Shown here in pieces: positions 40,367 through 50,736 of a stretch of 64,000 nucleotides of DNA. The position numbers were made by a program, and so were the translations under genes. Origin of the DNA: an uncultured Acidobacteriaceae bacterium. Lineage in GTDB: Bacteria > Acidobacteriota > Terriglobia > Terriglobales > Acidobacteriaceae. Position 1 is the first letter of the stretch. Each line of letters opens with the position of its first letter. A model generated the notes under the pieces. That model did not search any database and was not told where the DNA came from. It worked only from the letters and a program-made list of their open reading frames with translations. The stretch spans positions 404,469 to 468,468 of the forward strand of contig CAVREU010000004.1 of NCBI GenBank assembly GCA_963720245.1, read 5' to 3'.

Positions 40367-40522
40367 AACTCCATCAACAACATAGCGAGTGTGATTCGGA
40401 AACCGATCGCGTTTCTGAGACAAAGGAATTTCTTTGCCGCTGCCTGCCTGCCTCGTTCTGGGTGATTACCTAGCTTTCGTCGCCCCAGGCTTTTCTGATC
40501 GGCACTCCTGATTTAGCCCTTC

Positions 40523-43500
40523 TCAGACCAGTCTCGCAGCGGAAATCAACTCCGGCGGGATCGGCCGGCCGGTGTAATAGCCCTGAACGTCGTCGCATCC
40601 CGCGCCCCTGAGAAAGTTCATCTGGTCCCGCGACTCGACGCCCTCCGCAACCACCGATACTTTGAGCTGGTGAGAGAGGGCGATGATTGCGTTGGTCACC
40701 GCCGCGCTGTTCTCGCTTGTCGAACAGTCCTGAATGAAACAGCGGTCGATCTTCAGCCGATTCACCGAGAATCGCAGCAGATACGACATGCTGGAATAGC
40801 CGGTGCCGAAATCGTCGATCGCGATGCGGACCCCGAGGTTGCGCAGTCCCTCAAAAAAGGACTGCGCCTTGGGAGCGTCATTCATGAGCAGGCTCTCGGT
40901 GATTTCGATCTCCAGGCAACTGGGGTCCAGGCGGTTCACCTGCAACGCGTCCTCGATGACCTGCAGCAGGTCCGGCTGATCGAGCTGGCGCGCTGAAACG
41001 TTCACCGCCATGACCAACTGCGGTCCAAACTGTTCATGAAGTTTCGTCAACTGCCGGCAGGCAGTGTGGATGACCCAGGCGCCGATCGGAAGAATGAGCC
41101 CGGTCTTTTCCGCCAGGGGGATGAAGCGTGCCGGAGACACCACCCCGAATCGTTTGCTCGTCCACCGCAAGAGTGCCTCGAAGCCCACCATCTCGCCATC
41201 GGCGAGGGAGAACTGGGGCTGATAGTGGAGCTGCAGTTCGTTTTCGTTGAGCGCATCGCGCAGGGCGGCCTCCATGCCCCGCTGCTCCACCGCCAGCGCG
41301 GCGATTTCCTGGCTGAATACCTGATAGGAATGCTGACCGGAGGCTTTCGCGTGGTACATCGCGGTGTCCGCGTTTCGCATCAGCATGTCCGCGTCGGCTC
41401 CTCCGTCGGGGAAGATGCAGACACCGATGCTTGCGCTAACGTTGATGGGCTCGCGTTCGCCTAACACTAACGGCGGGCTCAAGGCGGACAAGAGTTTTTC
41501 CGCCACCCGCAAGGCGTCGGAAGAAGACTTGAGGTCGGTTGCCAATACGACGAATTCGTCACCGCCCATGCGCGCCACGGTGTCGACCGCCCGGACTGCC
41601 AAACTCAGCCGCCGTGCGGTCTCGGCCAGCACCATGTCCCCAACGTGGTGACCGAGCGAATCGTTGATGCGCTTGAAATTGTTCAAGTCAATCATCAACA
41701 GCGCACACGGAGCGGAGTAACGTTTCGATCGCGAAATCATCATGTTGAGCCGGTCAGCCAGCAGTTGGCGGGTAGGCAATCCGGTCAGCTTGTCGTGATG
41801 CGCAAGATGGGAGATGTATTCTTCGCGCCGCTTGCGTTCGGAGATATCGTACGCAGTAATCATGAAGGCGGTGGGCTGGCCGGATTTGTCCTTAAGCGGT
41901 GTGACCGTCACCTCGACAATGGTCTTCGACCCTCCGTTACGGACAAAGATCCATTCCCGTCCCCGGCCGGAAAGGTTTTCCCCGGAGAAGATAGCTTCCT
42001 CAAGGGAAACGGTGCACCCGCGTTCCTCTGAGAGCTGTCGGGCAAGCTCTTTGACCTCCGGCGCGTCGTAGATGGTTAACGGCGTCTTTCTGCCGATGAG
42101 TTCCTCGCGGGTATACCAGAGCAATCTCTCGGCAGCGGGATTTACGGCACTGATTACGTAATCCTTGCCGGCGACGATAATGGCAGCCGGTGAGTTCTCG
42201 ATCATCGATTCGGTAAAAGCCCTGCTCCGTTCCAGGGCAATCTGGTTGCTCATCGCCGCTCTCGTCGATTTGAGGGCCAGCTGGCTTTTGACCCGCGCCC
42301 TCACCGCCGCGGGCGAGATTGGCTTGGTGATGTAATCGACCGCACCCGCTTCCAGCGCCCTGGCTTCGTCCTCCACTCCCAGAGACCCGGTGACGACCAG
42401 GACGGGCAGGTCCCAGTTCTCGTGGTCCGCTTTCAGCTGCCGGCAAACCTCATATCCGTCGATGCCGGGCATCATGACATCGAGCAGCACCACATCGGGC
42501 ATCGAGGTGGCGGCGATCTCCAAAGCCGACTGGCCGTCGGTTGCCGAGAGCACTTCGTAGTTGCCGCCCAGCGCTTCAACCAGCAGGTCGATGTTCGAGG
42601 GCTCGTCGTCGACAACCAGGATGCGCGAGCGTCGCTTGACCGACCCGGGTCCGGCGGAGCTCGGCGCCGGTAGGGCCGGTCGACGCGCGCCCGGTGGTGT
42701 TGTGCCCATGGTGTTTACAGCAGCGATGGCCGGACCAAGGGCCCCTTCCATCGCTTCGAGCAAGGCGTCGAGATTTTCCCGTTGCCCGAGCCGCAGCGCG
42801 CTTTCCAGAGACGATGCGGCCTCAGCCAGATCCGTGGCCTCCAGTGTCGCGGCAACACCCTTCAGCGAGTGCGCCAGCCGCTCGGCGCCTTCGACCTGTC
42901 CGGCGGCAAGGTTCTTTCGCAGCCTGGAGACCGCATCGGAATATTTGTCCCGGAAGCCGAACATCATCTTGAGAAGCAGGCCGGTCTTGCCGTTACAACG
43001 TTCCAAAGCGGCCTGGATGTCGAATGGTGGCAATTCTTGAGGAATGCCATCGTGAGGCTGCACAGGCCGAACCTCCAATCCTGGTTCGATGTAATTCTGA
43101 TTCTGAATTGCTTCTTTCGGTTGGTTCGCCGGCATCCATCGCAGCAGGGCATCGGTCAACCGGTTGGGGTGGATTGGCTTGGTGACATGGTCATTCATTC
43201 CCGCTTCGAGGCTTCTCTCGCGGTCCCCGCTCATCGCATGGGCGGTCATGGCGAGGATAGGCAGATCGCGATAATGGTCATCGGCGCGAATCGCCCGGGT
43301 CGCCGTCAGCCCGTCCATCACCGGCATCTGGATGTCCATGAGGACCAGGTCGAAGGGCTCCGCGGTGACCCGGTCGACGCCCTCTCGGCCGTTTACGGCG
43401 ATGGTCACGGCTATGCCAAGATCTCCAAGAAGTTCGGCTGCCAGATCGCGGTTGATCTCGTTGTCCTCGACCAGCAGGACGCGGCGTCCCTTTAACGTCG

Positions 43501-45562
43501 TCGCGGCCTCAGCCGCGGGGGCAGGATCTTCTGCCGCGCCTGACGACTTCACTCCGAAGATGTTCGCGATCGTATCGATGAGGACCGATGCATTGACCGG
43601 CTTGGTCAGGAATCCGTCCGGCACAAACTCCTGCGCCCTGCCCAGGAATTCTTCCCTCTCAAAGGCCGTGACCATCAGGATCGCCGGCGTGTGGGAGAGA
43701 TTTGGATCGCCCTTGATACGCCGACCGGTCTCGATCCCGTCCAGGCCTGGCATTCGCCAGTCCATCAGCACCAGTTCGATCGGCTCTCCGGCAACCGAAG
43801 CAGCCGACAGGCTATTCAACGCCTGTTCTCCGGAGGAAACCGCGTTCACCACAAAGCCGTTCGCAACCAGCATGGAGGTCAGGACGTCTCTTGCGCTTTC
43901 ATCGTCCTCGACGACCATGAGCGACTTTCTCCACAGTTCGCTCAGCCGTGCCCGGGCCTGCACCTGGGGTGCATCGGCGGCGATGCCGAAGTTCGCGCTG
44001 AAGCGGAAGGTGCTTCCTTTACCCAGTTCGCTCTCGACGGAGATGCCGCCGCCCATCAGCTCGCAGAGCTGCTTGCAGATCGCCAGGCCGAGTCCCGTTC
44101 CCGCGTAGCGGCGAGTGATCGACGTGTCCGCCTGGGTAAAGGCCGCAAAGAGATGCGAGACCTGGTCCTCAGTCATGCCTACGCCGGAATCTCGAACGGA
44201 GAAGCAGAGCCGCACCGCGCCCTCCGTCGATGTCTCCACGGCTACGCGGACAAGCACATCTCCTCGATCGGTGAACTTGATGGCGTTGGCCACCAGATTG
44301 ATCAGAATTTGCCCCAGTCTCAGCGGGTCGCCGATCAGGTAGGGAGGAACGTTGGGCACGATCGAAAATTCGAGCCTTATGCCCTTTTGCTGCGCCTTTT
44401 CGCCGACCATGTCGAGCACATGGTCCAACGCCGGCCCCAGCGAGAAGACAACGTGTTCCAGCTCCAGCTTGCCCGCTTCCACCTTGGAAAAATCGAGGAT
44501 GTCGTTGATGATCGTGAGCAACGACTTGCCGGCATTGCTGATCTTGCTCAGATAACCCGCTTGCTTGGGATTTGGATCGGCGCGTAGCGCCAGATGAGTC
44601 ATCCCGAGGATCGCATTCATTGGCGTCCGTATCTCATGGCTCATATTGGCCAGAAACTCCGACTTGACCCGGCTCGCCTCTTCGGCGACGCTCCTCGCCC
44701 GCCTTGCCGCGTCCTCCTGCTTTCGCTCGGTAATATCCCGGACCAGGCCGACAAATAATCCTTGGCTCTGATGAGAGACCTCGGAAATGATGAGCTCCAT
44801 CGGGAACGTCCGGGCCGCCTTGGTCAGACCCTCCAGTTCCCGGGCCGCCCCGGTGACCTTCCTCGGGCCCGTCGACTGATAATGCGCCAGGTGGTCGTCA
44901 TGTTTGCTGCGGTCGCCTGCGACCATCAATACTTTGATGTTTTGACCGATCATCTCCGAAGCTTCGTACTCGAACATCCGCACCCCGGCGGGGTTGACAG
45001 AAAATATGGTCCCTGAAGCGTCGAAGGTGATGACCCCATCGACAACGTTATGCAGGATCGCGCGCAGTCGCGCCTCAGAGTCCCGGAACGCTTCCTGGCT
45101 GGTGATTCTTTTCACCAGGAGCTCTTGAATCTGCGGCAAACACAAAGGCAGCGCCACCGCAGTGATCACCGAGGCGCAGGCGGTAATCAGCTGCATACCA
45201 CCCCGTAGCCAGTAGAGCGGATACCAAAGCACGACGACGTCCAGCAACCGGGTGAATCCGCATGTGAGAATGAACGCGCCGAAGAGTACCAGAATGCCTT
45301 TGAACTGAAAATACCTCCGGATCCCCACCACCATGACAGCCAGCCTCACCCCTATGGCGAGGGAGCAAACGAAGATCACCGAATCCGAGACGACGTGCAG
45401 CCACAGTAGCCACGGGTTCCACTCAGAGTTCACGCCGCGCGGCTGATAGCCGGTGGACAACAGGTTGATTGACAGCCAAGGATACAGGCCAAGAGCGACC
45501 GGCAGCACCAGAATTGCGGCGGTAACAGGCAAGCGCTTGCCCATGATTGCGGTGACTTGCAT
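40523..45562 (-). CDS. Hybrid sensor kinase / c-di-GMP enzyme: ethylene-receptor-like TM domain-PAS-HisKA-HATPase-REC-REC-Hpt-REC-PAS-GGDEF-EAL (1679 aa)
   Basis: MSHEIRTP H-box; three REC aspartates (LMDWRMP, LMDIQMP, LLDVMMP); AHSLKG Hpt; RAVD I-site plus GGDEF; EAL, EITES, DDFGTGYSS, EGVE. Confidence 0.93.
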   Translation of the reverse strand: MQVTAIMGKRLPVTAAILVLPVALGLYPWLSINLLSTGYQPRGVNSEWNPWLLWLHVVSDSVIFVCSLAIGVRLAVMVVGIRRYFQFKGILVLFGAFILTCGFTRLLDVVVLWYPLYWLRGGMQLITACASVITAVALPLCLPQIQELLVKRITSQEAFRDSEARLRAILHNVVDGVITFDASGTIFSVNPAGVRMFEYEASEMIGQNIKVLMVAGDRSKHDDHLAHYQSTGPRKVTGAARELEGLTKAARTFPMELIISEVSHQSQGLFVGLVRDITERKQEDAARRARSVAEEASRVKSEFLANMSHEIRTPMNAILGMTHLALRADPNPKQAGYLSKISNAGKSLLTIINDILDFSKVEAGKLELEHVVFSLGPALDHVLDMVGEKAQQKGIRLEFSIVPNVPPYLIGDPLRLGQILINLVANAIKFTDRGDVLVRVAVETSTEGAVRLCFSVRDSGVGMTEDQVSHLFAAFTQADTSITRRYAGTGLGLAICKQLCELMGGGISVESELGKGSTFRFSANFGIAADAPQVQARARLSELWRKSLMVVEDDESARDVLTSMLVANGFVVNAVSSGEQALNSLSAASVAGEPIELVLMDWRMPGLDGIETGRRIKGDPNLSHTPAILMVTAFEREEFLGRAQEFVPDGFLTKPVNASVLIDTIANIFGVKSSGAAEDPAPAAEAATTLKGRRVLLVEDNEINRDLAAELLGDLGIAVTIAVNGREGVDRVTAEPFDLVLMDIQMPVMDGLTATRAIRADDHYRDLPILAMTAHAMSGDRERSLEAGMNDHVTKPIHPNRLTDALLRWMPANQPKEAIQNQNYIEPGLEVRPVQPHDGIPQELPPFDIQAALERCNGKTGLLLKMMFGFRDKYSDAVSRLRKNLAAGQVEGAERLAHSLKGVAATLEATDLAEAASSLESALRLGQRENLDALLEAMEGALGPAIAAVNTMGTTPPGARRPALPAPSSAGPGSVKRRSRILVVDDEPSNIDLLVEALGGNYEVLSATDGQSALEIAATSMPDVVLLDVMMPGIDGYEVCRQLKADHENWDLPVLVVTGSLGVEDEARALEAGAVDYITKPISPAAVRARVKSQLALKSTRAAMSNQIALERSRAFTESMIENSPAAIIVAGKDYVISAVNPAAERLLWYTREELIGRKTPLTIYDAPEVKELARQLSEERGCTVSLEEAIFSGENLSGRGREWIFVRNGGSKTIVEVTVTPLKDKSGQPTAFMITAYDISERKRREEYISHLAHHDKLTGLPTRQLLADRLNMMISRSKRYSAPCALLMIDLNNFKRINDSLGHHVGDMVLAETARRLSLAVRAVDTVARMGGDEFVVLATDLKSSSDALRVAEKLLSALSPPLVLGEREPINVSASIGVCIFPDGGADADMLMRNADTAMYHAKASGQHSYQVFSQEIAALAVEQRGMEAALRDALNENELQLHYQPQFSLADGEMVGFEALLRWTSKRFGVVSPARFIPLAEKTGLILPIGAWVIHTACRQLTKLHEQFGPQLVMAVNVSARQLDQPDLLQVIEDALQVNRLDPSCLEIEITESLLMNDAPKAQSFFEGLRNLGVRIAIDDFGTGYSSMSYLLRFSVNRLKIDRCFIQDCSTSENSAAVTNAIIALSHQLKVSVVAEGVESRDQMNFLRGAGCDDVQGYYTGRPIPPELISAARLV

Positions 45563-45810
45563 AGCTCCGCGATTAGCCTCTAACGTCTCATCGGCTATTC
45601 AGGAAAGGAATTGAATCCCGCGGGAGTTTTCGGACCGGAAACGCGGCCGTCGAAGGCGCCCTCGCTGCCCAAACGGAGGGGTCTTCGCCGCCTGGAAGCA
45701 CCTCAGACCAGGGATATGGGACGACGAAGAATCACCGGCGCGCCGCTCTACTATAATTCGATCGGATCGTCGCAGCGCGAAAACAGCAGCGCTTATTCCC
45801 CGGCCTACGA

Positions 45811-48800
45811 TTGGAGCTCTTTGTGATTGTTCGCGCCCTCCGTTTCCAGATTCACGCCCTCACATTCCACTTTGCCTTCCTCGCCTGTGTGGCGATCGCG
45901 GCGCTTGCGCCCTCTTCATGCCCGGCGCAATCTGCCGATGAGGTCACTTCGCTGACCAAAGCGTTGCCCTCGGCCTCGCGAACCACCATCGACCGCCTCG
46001 CCGAACTCAACAACCTGCCCGTCGACGGCTGGCGCTTTCACGCCGGCGACATCGCCCACGGCGAATCCGTAAGCCTCGACGACAGCGCCTGGCCGATTCT
46101 TCCCGTCAAAGGCAACGCGACGAAGGACGCAGTCTGGTTTCGTCGCACCATCGAGGTCCCCAAGACGCTCCACGGCTACGACCTGACCGGGACCCGCATC
46201 TGGTTCCAGTTCCACGCCAACGCCAACGGCCCGATGCCCGAGATTGTCTATTTCAACGGCCGCCGCGTCGCTCTCGGCGACGATCTCGAGCCCATCGTCC
46301 TCTTCGACAACGCACAGCCGGGCGACAAGATCCTCGTCGCCGTCAAGATCCTCCAAACCGTCGACGACAAGCGCTTCAACGGAGTCACCACCAAAATCGA
46401 CTTCGCCGAAAACCGCCCCAGCCCCGACGACCTCCGCAAGGAGTTCCTCTCCGACGCCGTGCTCGTACCCTCGCTCGCACCGGGATCGTCGTCAGACATC
46501 GATACCCTCGCCAAGGCCATCGCCGCCGTCGATCTGAACGCACTCTCCAGCAGCGACCAGGCCGCCTTCGACGCCTCGCTCAAAGCCTCACAGTCTCAGC
46601 TCGAAGCGCTAAAGCCGCTGCTCAAGCAAGGCACTTTTCACCTCACCGGCAACTCCCACATCGATGCTGCGTGGCTCTGGCCGTGGACGGAGACCGTAGA
46701 CGTCGTCAAGCGCACCTTCGGCACCGCCGCGCAGCTAATGTACGAGTATCCGAACTACACCTACACCCAGTCCGCCGCGCAATACAACCAGTGGATGGCC
46801 GACAAATATCCAGCCCTCAACGCCCAGATCAAGGAGCGCATCGCCCAGGGCCGCTGGGAAGTCGTCGGCGGCATGTGGATCGAGCCCGACCTCAATATGC
46901 CTGACGGCGAATCGCTCGTCCGCCAACTGCTCATCGGCGAGGCCACCTTCAAAAACCTCTACGGCGTCACCACCCGCATCGGCTGGAATCCCGACTCCTT
47001 CGGCTACAACTGGCAGCTCCCGCAGATCTACAAGCGCTCCGGACTCGACTACTTCGTCACCCAGAAGATGACCTGGAACGACACCAACCAGCTCCCCTTC
47101 AAGCTCTTTTGGTGGGAATCGCCCGACGGCAGCAAGGTGCTCGCCTACTTCCCGCATGACTATGCAAACAACAATCTCGACCCGGTGCGCCTCTCCGCTG
47201 ACCTTGCCGTCGCGCGCGAACGCTCGCCCGGCATGACCGACATGATGGACCTCTACGGCATCGGCGACCACGGCGGCGGTCCGACCCGCTCGGTCCTCGA
47301 CGAGGGCGATCACTGGAGCGACCCAAACAAAGTCGTGCCTAAATACCAGTTCGGCATCGCGCAGACCTACTTCACCACGGTCGAAAAACAGATCGACCCC
47401 GACTCGCCCACCTGGAACTACGTCGTCATGGCCAAGGGCGAGAACAAGCTGCCCACTCCACCCGCCGGCGAAATGGCCATCCCCACCTGGAAGGACGAGC
47501 TCTATTTCGAATACCACCGCGGCGTCTTCACCACCCAGGCCGATCACAAGCGCAACATGCGCGAGAGCGAAGAGTGGCTGCTCAACACCGAGAAATATTC
47601 CTCGCTCGCCTGGCTGCAGGGCAGCGACTATCCCGCCGCCAAACTCACCGACGCGTGGAAACAGGTACTCTTCAACCAGTTCCACGACCTCGCCGCCGGC
47701 TCCGGCATCGGCATCATCTATAAGGAAGCGCAGCGCGATTACGACCGCGTCCGCTGGACCAGCAACGAAGCCTCCCACAACGCGCTCGAAACCATCCAAT
47801 CCAGAATCGACACCCGCACTAAAGACGGTGTTCCCGTCCTCGTCTTCAACCCGCTCGCCTGGGAACGCTCCGGCGACGTCATGGTCACCGCCGAACTTCC
47901 CGCAAAGCGCCGACTCCGTCTCGGTCCTCGATCCCAAGGGCAACGTGCTGCCGTCGAAGCTGCTCTCCCGCGAGCCTCACTCCAACATCTATCACCTGCT
48001 CGTCAGCGCCGGCCCCGTGCCATCGATGGGCTACAAGCTCATCCACGTCGTTCCCGGCAACAAGACCTTCACCAGCGATCTCAAGGTCAGCGGAATGACC
48101 ATCGAGAACGCCAACCTCCGCGTGACCGTCGATCCCACCACCGGATGCATCACTTCCCTCTTCAACAAGAAGGCCAACTTCGAAACCCTCGCGCCCAACT
48201 CCTGCGGCAACGAGCTGCAGGCCTTCAAAGACACGCCCAAGGAATACGACGCGTGGAACATCGATCCCGGCACCCTCGACCAGCCGCCAACGCTGATCCA
48301 TCAGGTCGATTCTGTCAAGGTCGTCGAAAGCGGCCCCATGCGCGCCGGAATCCAAGTCGCCCGCACCTGGCAGAAGCTCCAAATTCGTCCAGGAAATCTC
48401 CCTCGACGCCAACGCCGATCGAAGTCCTCGTCACCAACGACATCGACTGGCACGAAACCCACGTCCTGCTCAAAGCCGCATTCCCACTCGCCGCGACCAG
48501 CGACAACGCCACCTACGAAATCCCCTACGGCACCATCAGCCGCCCAACCACCCGCAACAACAGTTGGGAGAAGGCCAAGTTCGAAGTCCCCGCCATGCGC
48601 TGGGCCGACCTCGGCGACGCCAAGCAGGGCATGAGTCTCATCAACGAATCGAAATACGGCTACGACGCAGCCGGCAACGTCCTCCGCCTCTCGCTGCTGC
48701 GCTCGCCCGTCTGGCCCGACCCCGAAGCCGATCGCGAACACCACCACTTCGTCTTCGCCCTCTATCCCCACGCCGGCGACTGGAAGCAGGCAATGAGCAT

Positions 48801-49162
48801 GCGCCACGGCTATGAGCTCAACTACCAGCTCACCGCAATGCAGGTCGATCAGCACACCGGAGACTGGCCGTCTGAACACTCCTTCGTCGGCATCGACGGC
48901 GACAACGTCGTGCTCACCGCAATCAAGAAAGCCGAAAACGCCGACGGATTGCTCTTCCGCTTCTTCGAGTGGGAAGGCAAAGCCGGCAACGTAACCCTAC
49001 ACGTCCCCGAGGGCGCAACTTCAGCAACAATCACCAACCTGATGGAGACGCCCGGAAGGCTCACCGCTCCCCGTCACCAGCAACCAGGTCACAGTGCCAG
49101 TCACGCCGTTCCAAATCCAGACAGTGAGGATCGACTATCCATCAACCGTGGCAAAGCAGTAG
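45811..49162 (+). CDS. Secreted GH38 alpha-mannosidase, interrupted by four apparent +1 insertions (about 47904, 48374, 48420, 49054)
   Basis: SHIDAAWLW, GGMWIEPD, WNPDSFG, YGIGDHGGGP, ELYFEYHRG, NQFHD, LRLSLLRS; removing single bases gives a continuous protein ending ..IQTVRIDYPSTVAKQ* at 49162. Confidence 0.9.
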
Positions 49163-49730
49163 CACTACTCCACTTCGTTAGCTTTAGGGGGCGACTTTGC
49201 TCGTCGCCCCGTTCGATCGGGAGTTATCTAGCAAGGTGATTTCAATATGCTGACCACAGCTTTGGCGAAATTGGGATCGAAGACAGTCTTGGCTTATAGG
49301 CAGGCGCTCCTCTTTCGCCATAAGCATTCCTCCGATTCTCAACTTTCGCGCTGGGCTTCTGCCTCGGCCAATTTTTCTGGGAATTGTCGTGACATGGATT
49401 TTGATTCTCCATCAGAAACGCGACTGGAGTTACGGAGCGGCCAGAGAAGATGGGGTCACCTATCAGTCCTGGTTCACGCTCAAAACTATCTCATGGAACG
49501 AAGTAGCCAGCGTCAGCGCCAATGCCATAGCGATTCGCCTGGAGCGAAGGGGCAGCCGGCAGAGCTGAACCGCTCTCTGCAATTTAATCGAATTGGTGTT
49601 CCCCTTGACGCCTGCCTCCCTGGAGCGACGCAGAGTCAACTTCGATTTGCTCCAGCGTTGGTAGTGCGAACCAGCTAACGCTCAGCAATAGTTCGATAGT
49701 TGGATTGAACGGCTCAGGTGAGAGACAGGC

Positions 49731-49859
49731 TTAGTCCGCATCCTTAACACCCGAAACCAACCCCACCCGACCTGTCATAACTCGGAGCCATCAGCAACAG
49801 CTTCCCATGCTGATCATTCCGATAGGCCTCGCGGAAATACCAGATCGATCCCTGCGGCC
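49731..49859 (-). repeat. Diverged second copy of the last ~42 codons of the FGE-domain gene (50737-50865)
   Basis: Manual alignment about 89% identical; differences mostly synonymous (GSIWYF..AYRNDQHGKLLLMAPSYDRSGGVGF conserved), plus a 2-nt gap. Confidence 0.9.
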
Positions 49860-49866
49860 TTCTCAG

Positions 49867-50639
49867 CTATTTCGTCTCTTGAATTGGGCGCCCGTTCGTC
49901 GGTTGAATCGGCCGCGCATTAAGCGGATAGAGCTTCACGAACGCCTCAAGCTGCTCCTTCGAAATCGTCGCATGGGCCTTCAGCACATACCATGTGACTC
50001 CCTCAGTGCACGGAGGCGTGGTCAGCGAACCCATGTAGGTGAAGTATCCACGATCGGCGGGCAGCAGGTCGGCGACATTGATCAAGATCGAAGAAATGTC
50101 CGCCTCTTTTTCTTTCTCGGCGGGAATGTTCTTCCACATCATATCGAGCAAAGGATTCGCAGCGCCGAGATCGAAAAGAACGGCGATAACTGCCGCGTGC
50201 CCATCGGCATCGGAGTGCACCAGGTGCGCCTCCAGCGGATAGACCTTACCATCAACGTGCTCCTCGCTCGGATGGTGGAAGTGGAACTGCTTCAACGCGT
50301 ATATATGGCCGCCAACCGCTAAAGTGCTGCCGCCGGGATACATCACCTCAACCGTGTGGCCGTTGTCGACAATGGCCAGGGGAACAGCTTTGTCAGTCCA
50401 GAGTAAGCGGTGGCAAATCGGCCGGCGTCGCGTGTTCAATATCGATCGGCGACTCGGTCTTGCCGTCCGCACATTCAGCGTAGGCGCGGCCTAGCTTGGC
50501 CCATTCCTTCGGACCTTCCTTTCCGGAGTACGACCACTCCGGCAGTCTTAGTTTCCTGGCCCCGGCAGAGAGCAGATGAGTAAGACAGCACAAGAGACGA
50601 CGCAATAAAAATGGTTTTGAAGAAAGTTTCTCCTCGCAT
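49867..50639 (-). CDS. cah: Periplasmic alpha-class carbonic anhydrase, two apparent +1 insertions (about 50545 and 50394)
   Basis: WSYSG..GPKEW, SPIDI, NGHTV, QFHFH..EEH and EAHLVH zinc ligands, YMGSLTTPPCTEGV, NARPIQ; deleting one base turns the TGA at 50393 into TAC (LDYKAVP). Confidence 0.88.
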
Positions 50640-50736
50640 GGGCTTCCTCCTGCCTTCTTGCCCTGCATCGAAAAACTGGCCAGCGCGCAGCGCTGCAGAT
50701 TGTTATACTCCGCGCCCGTTAACCTGGCGACCCGCG

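Noticed and set aside
47828-48634. Separate 268-aa gene or programmed frameshifting inside the mannosidase
   Set aside because: It is the displaced middle of GH38; no slippery heptamer or stimulatory structure, and four shifts in one gene are implausible as recoding
49162-49239. C-terminal extension of GH38 to 49239 as given in the ORF track
   Set aside because: Results from the +1 insertion near 49054; the shifted frame gives the typical GH38 ending and stops at 49162
49247-49678. 143-aa + strand ORF and minus-strand fragments between GH38 and the duplicated tail
   Set aside because: No recognisable motif, SD or typical codon pattern; may be a decayed gene but I cannot support a call
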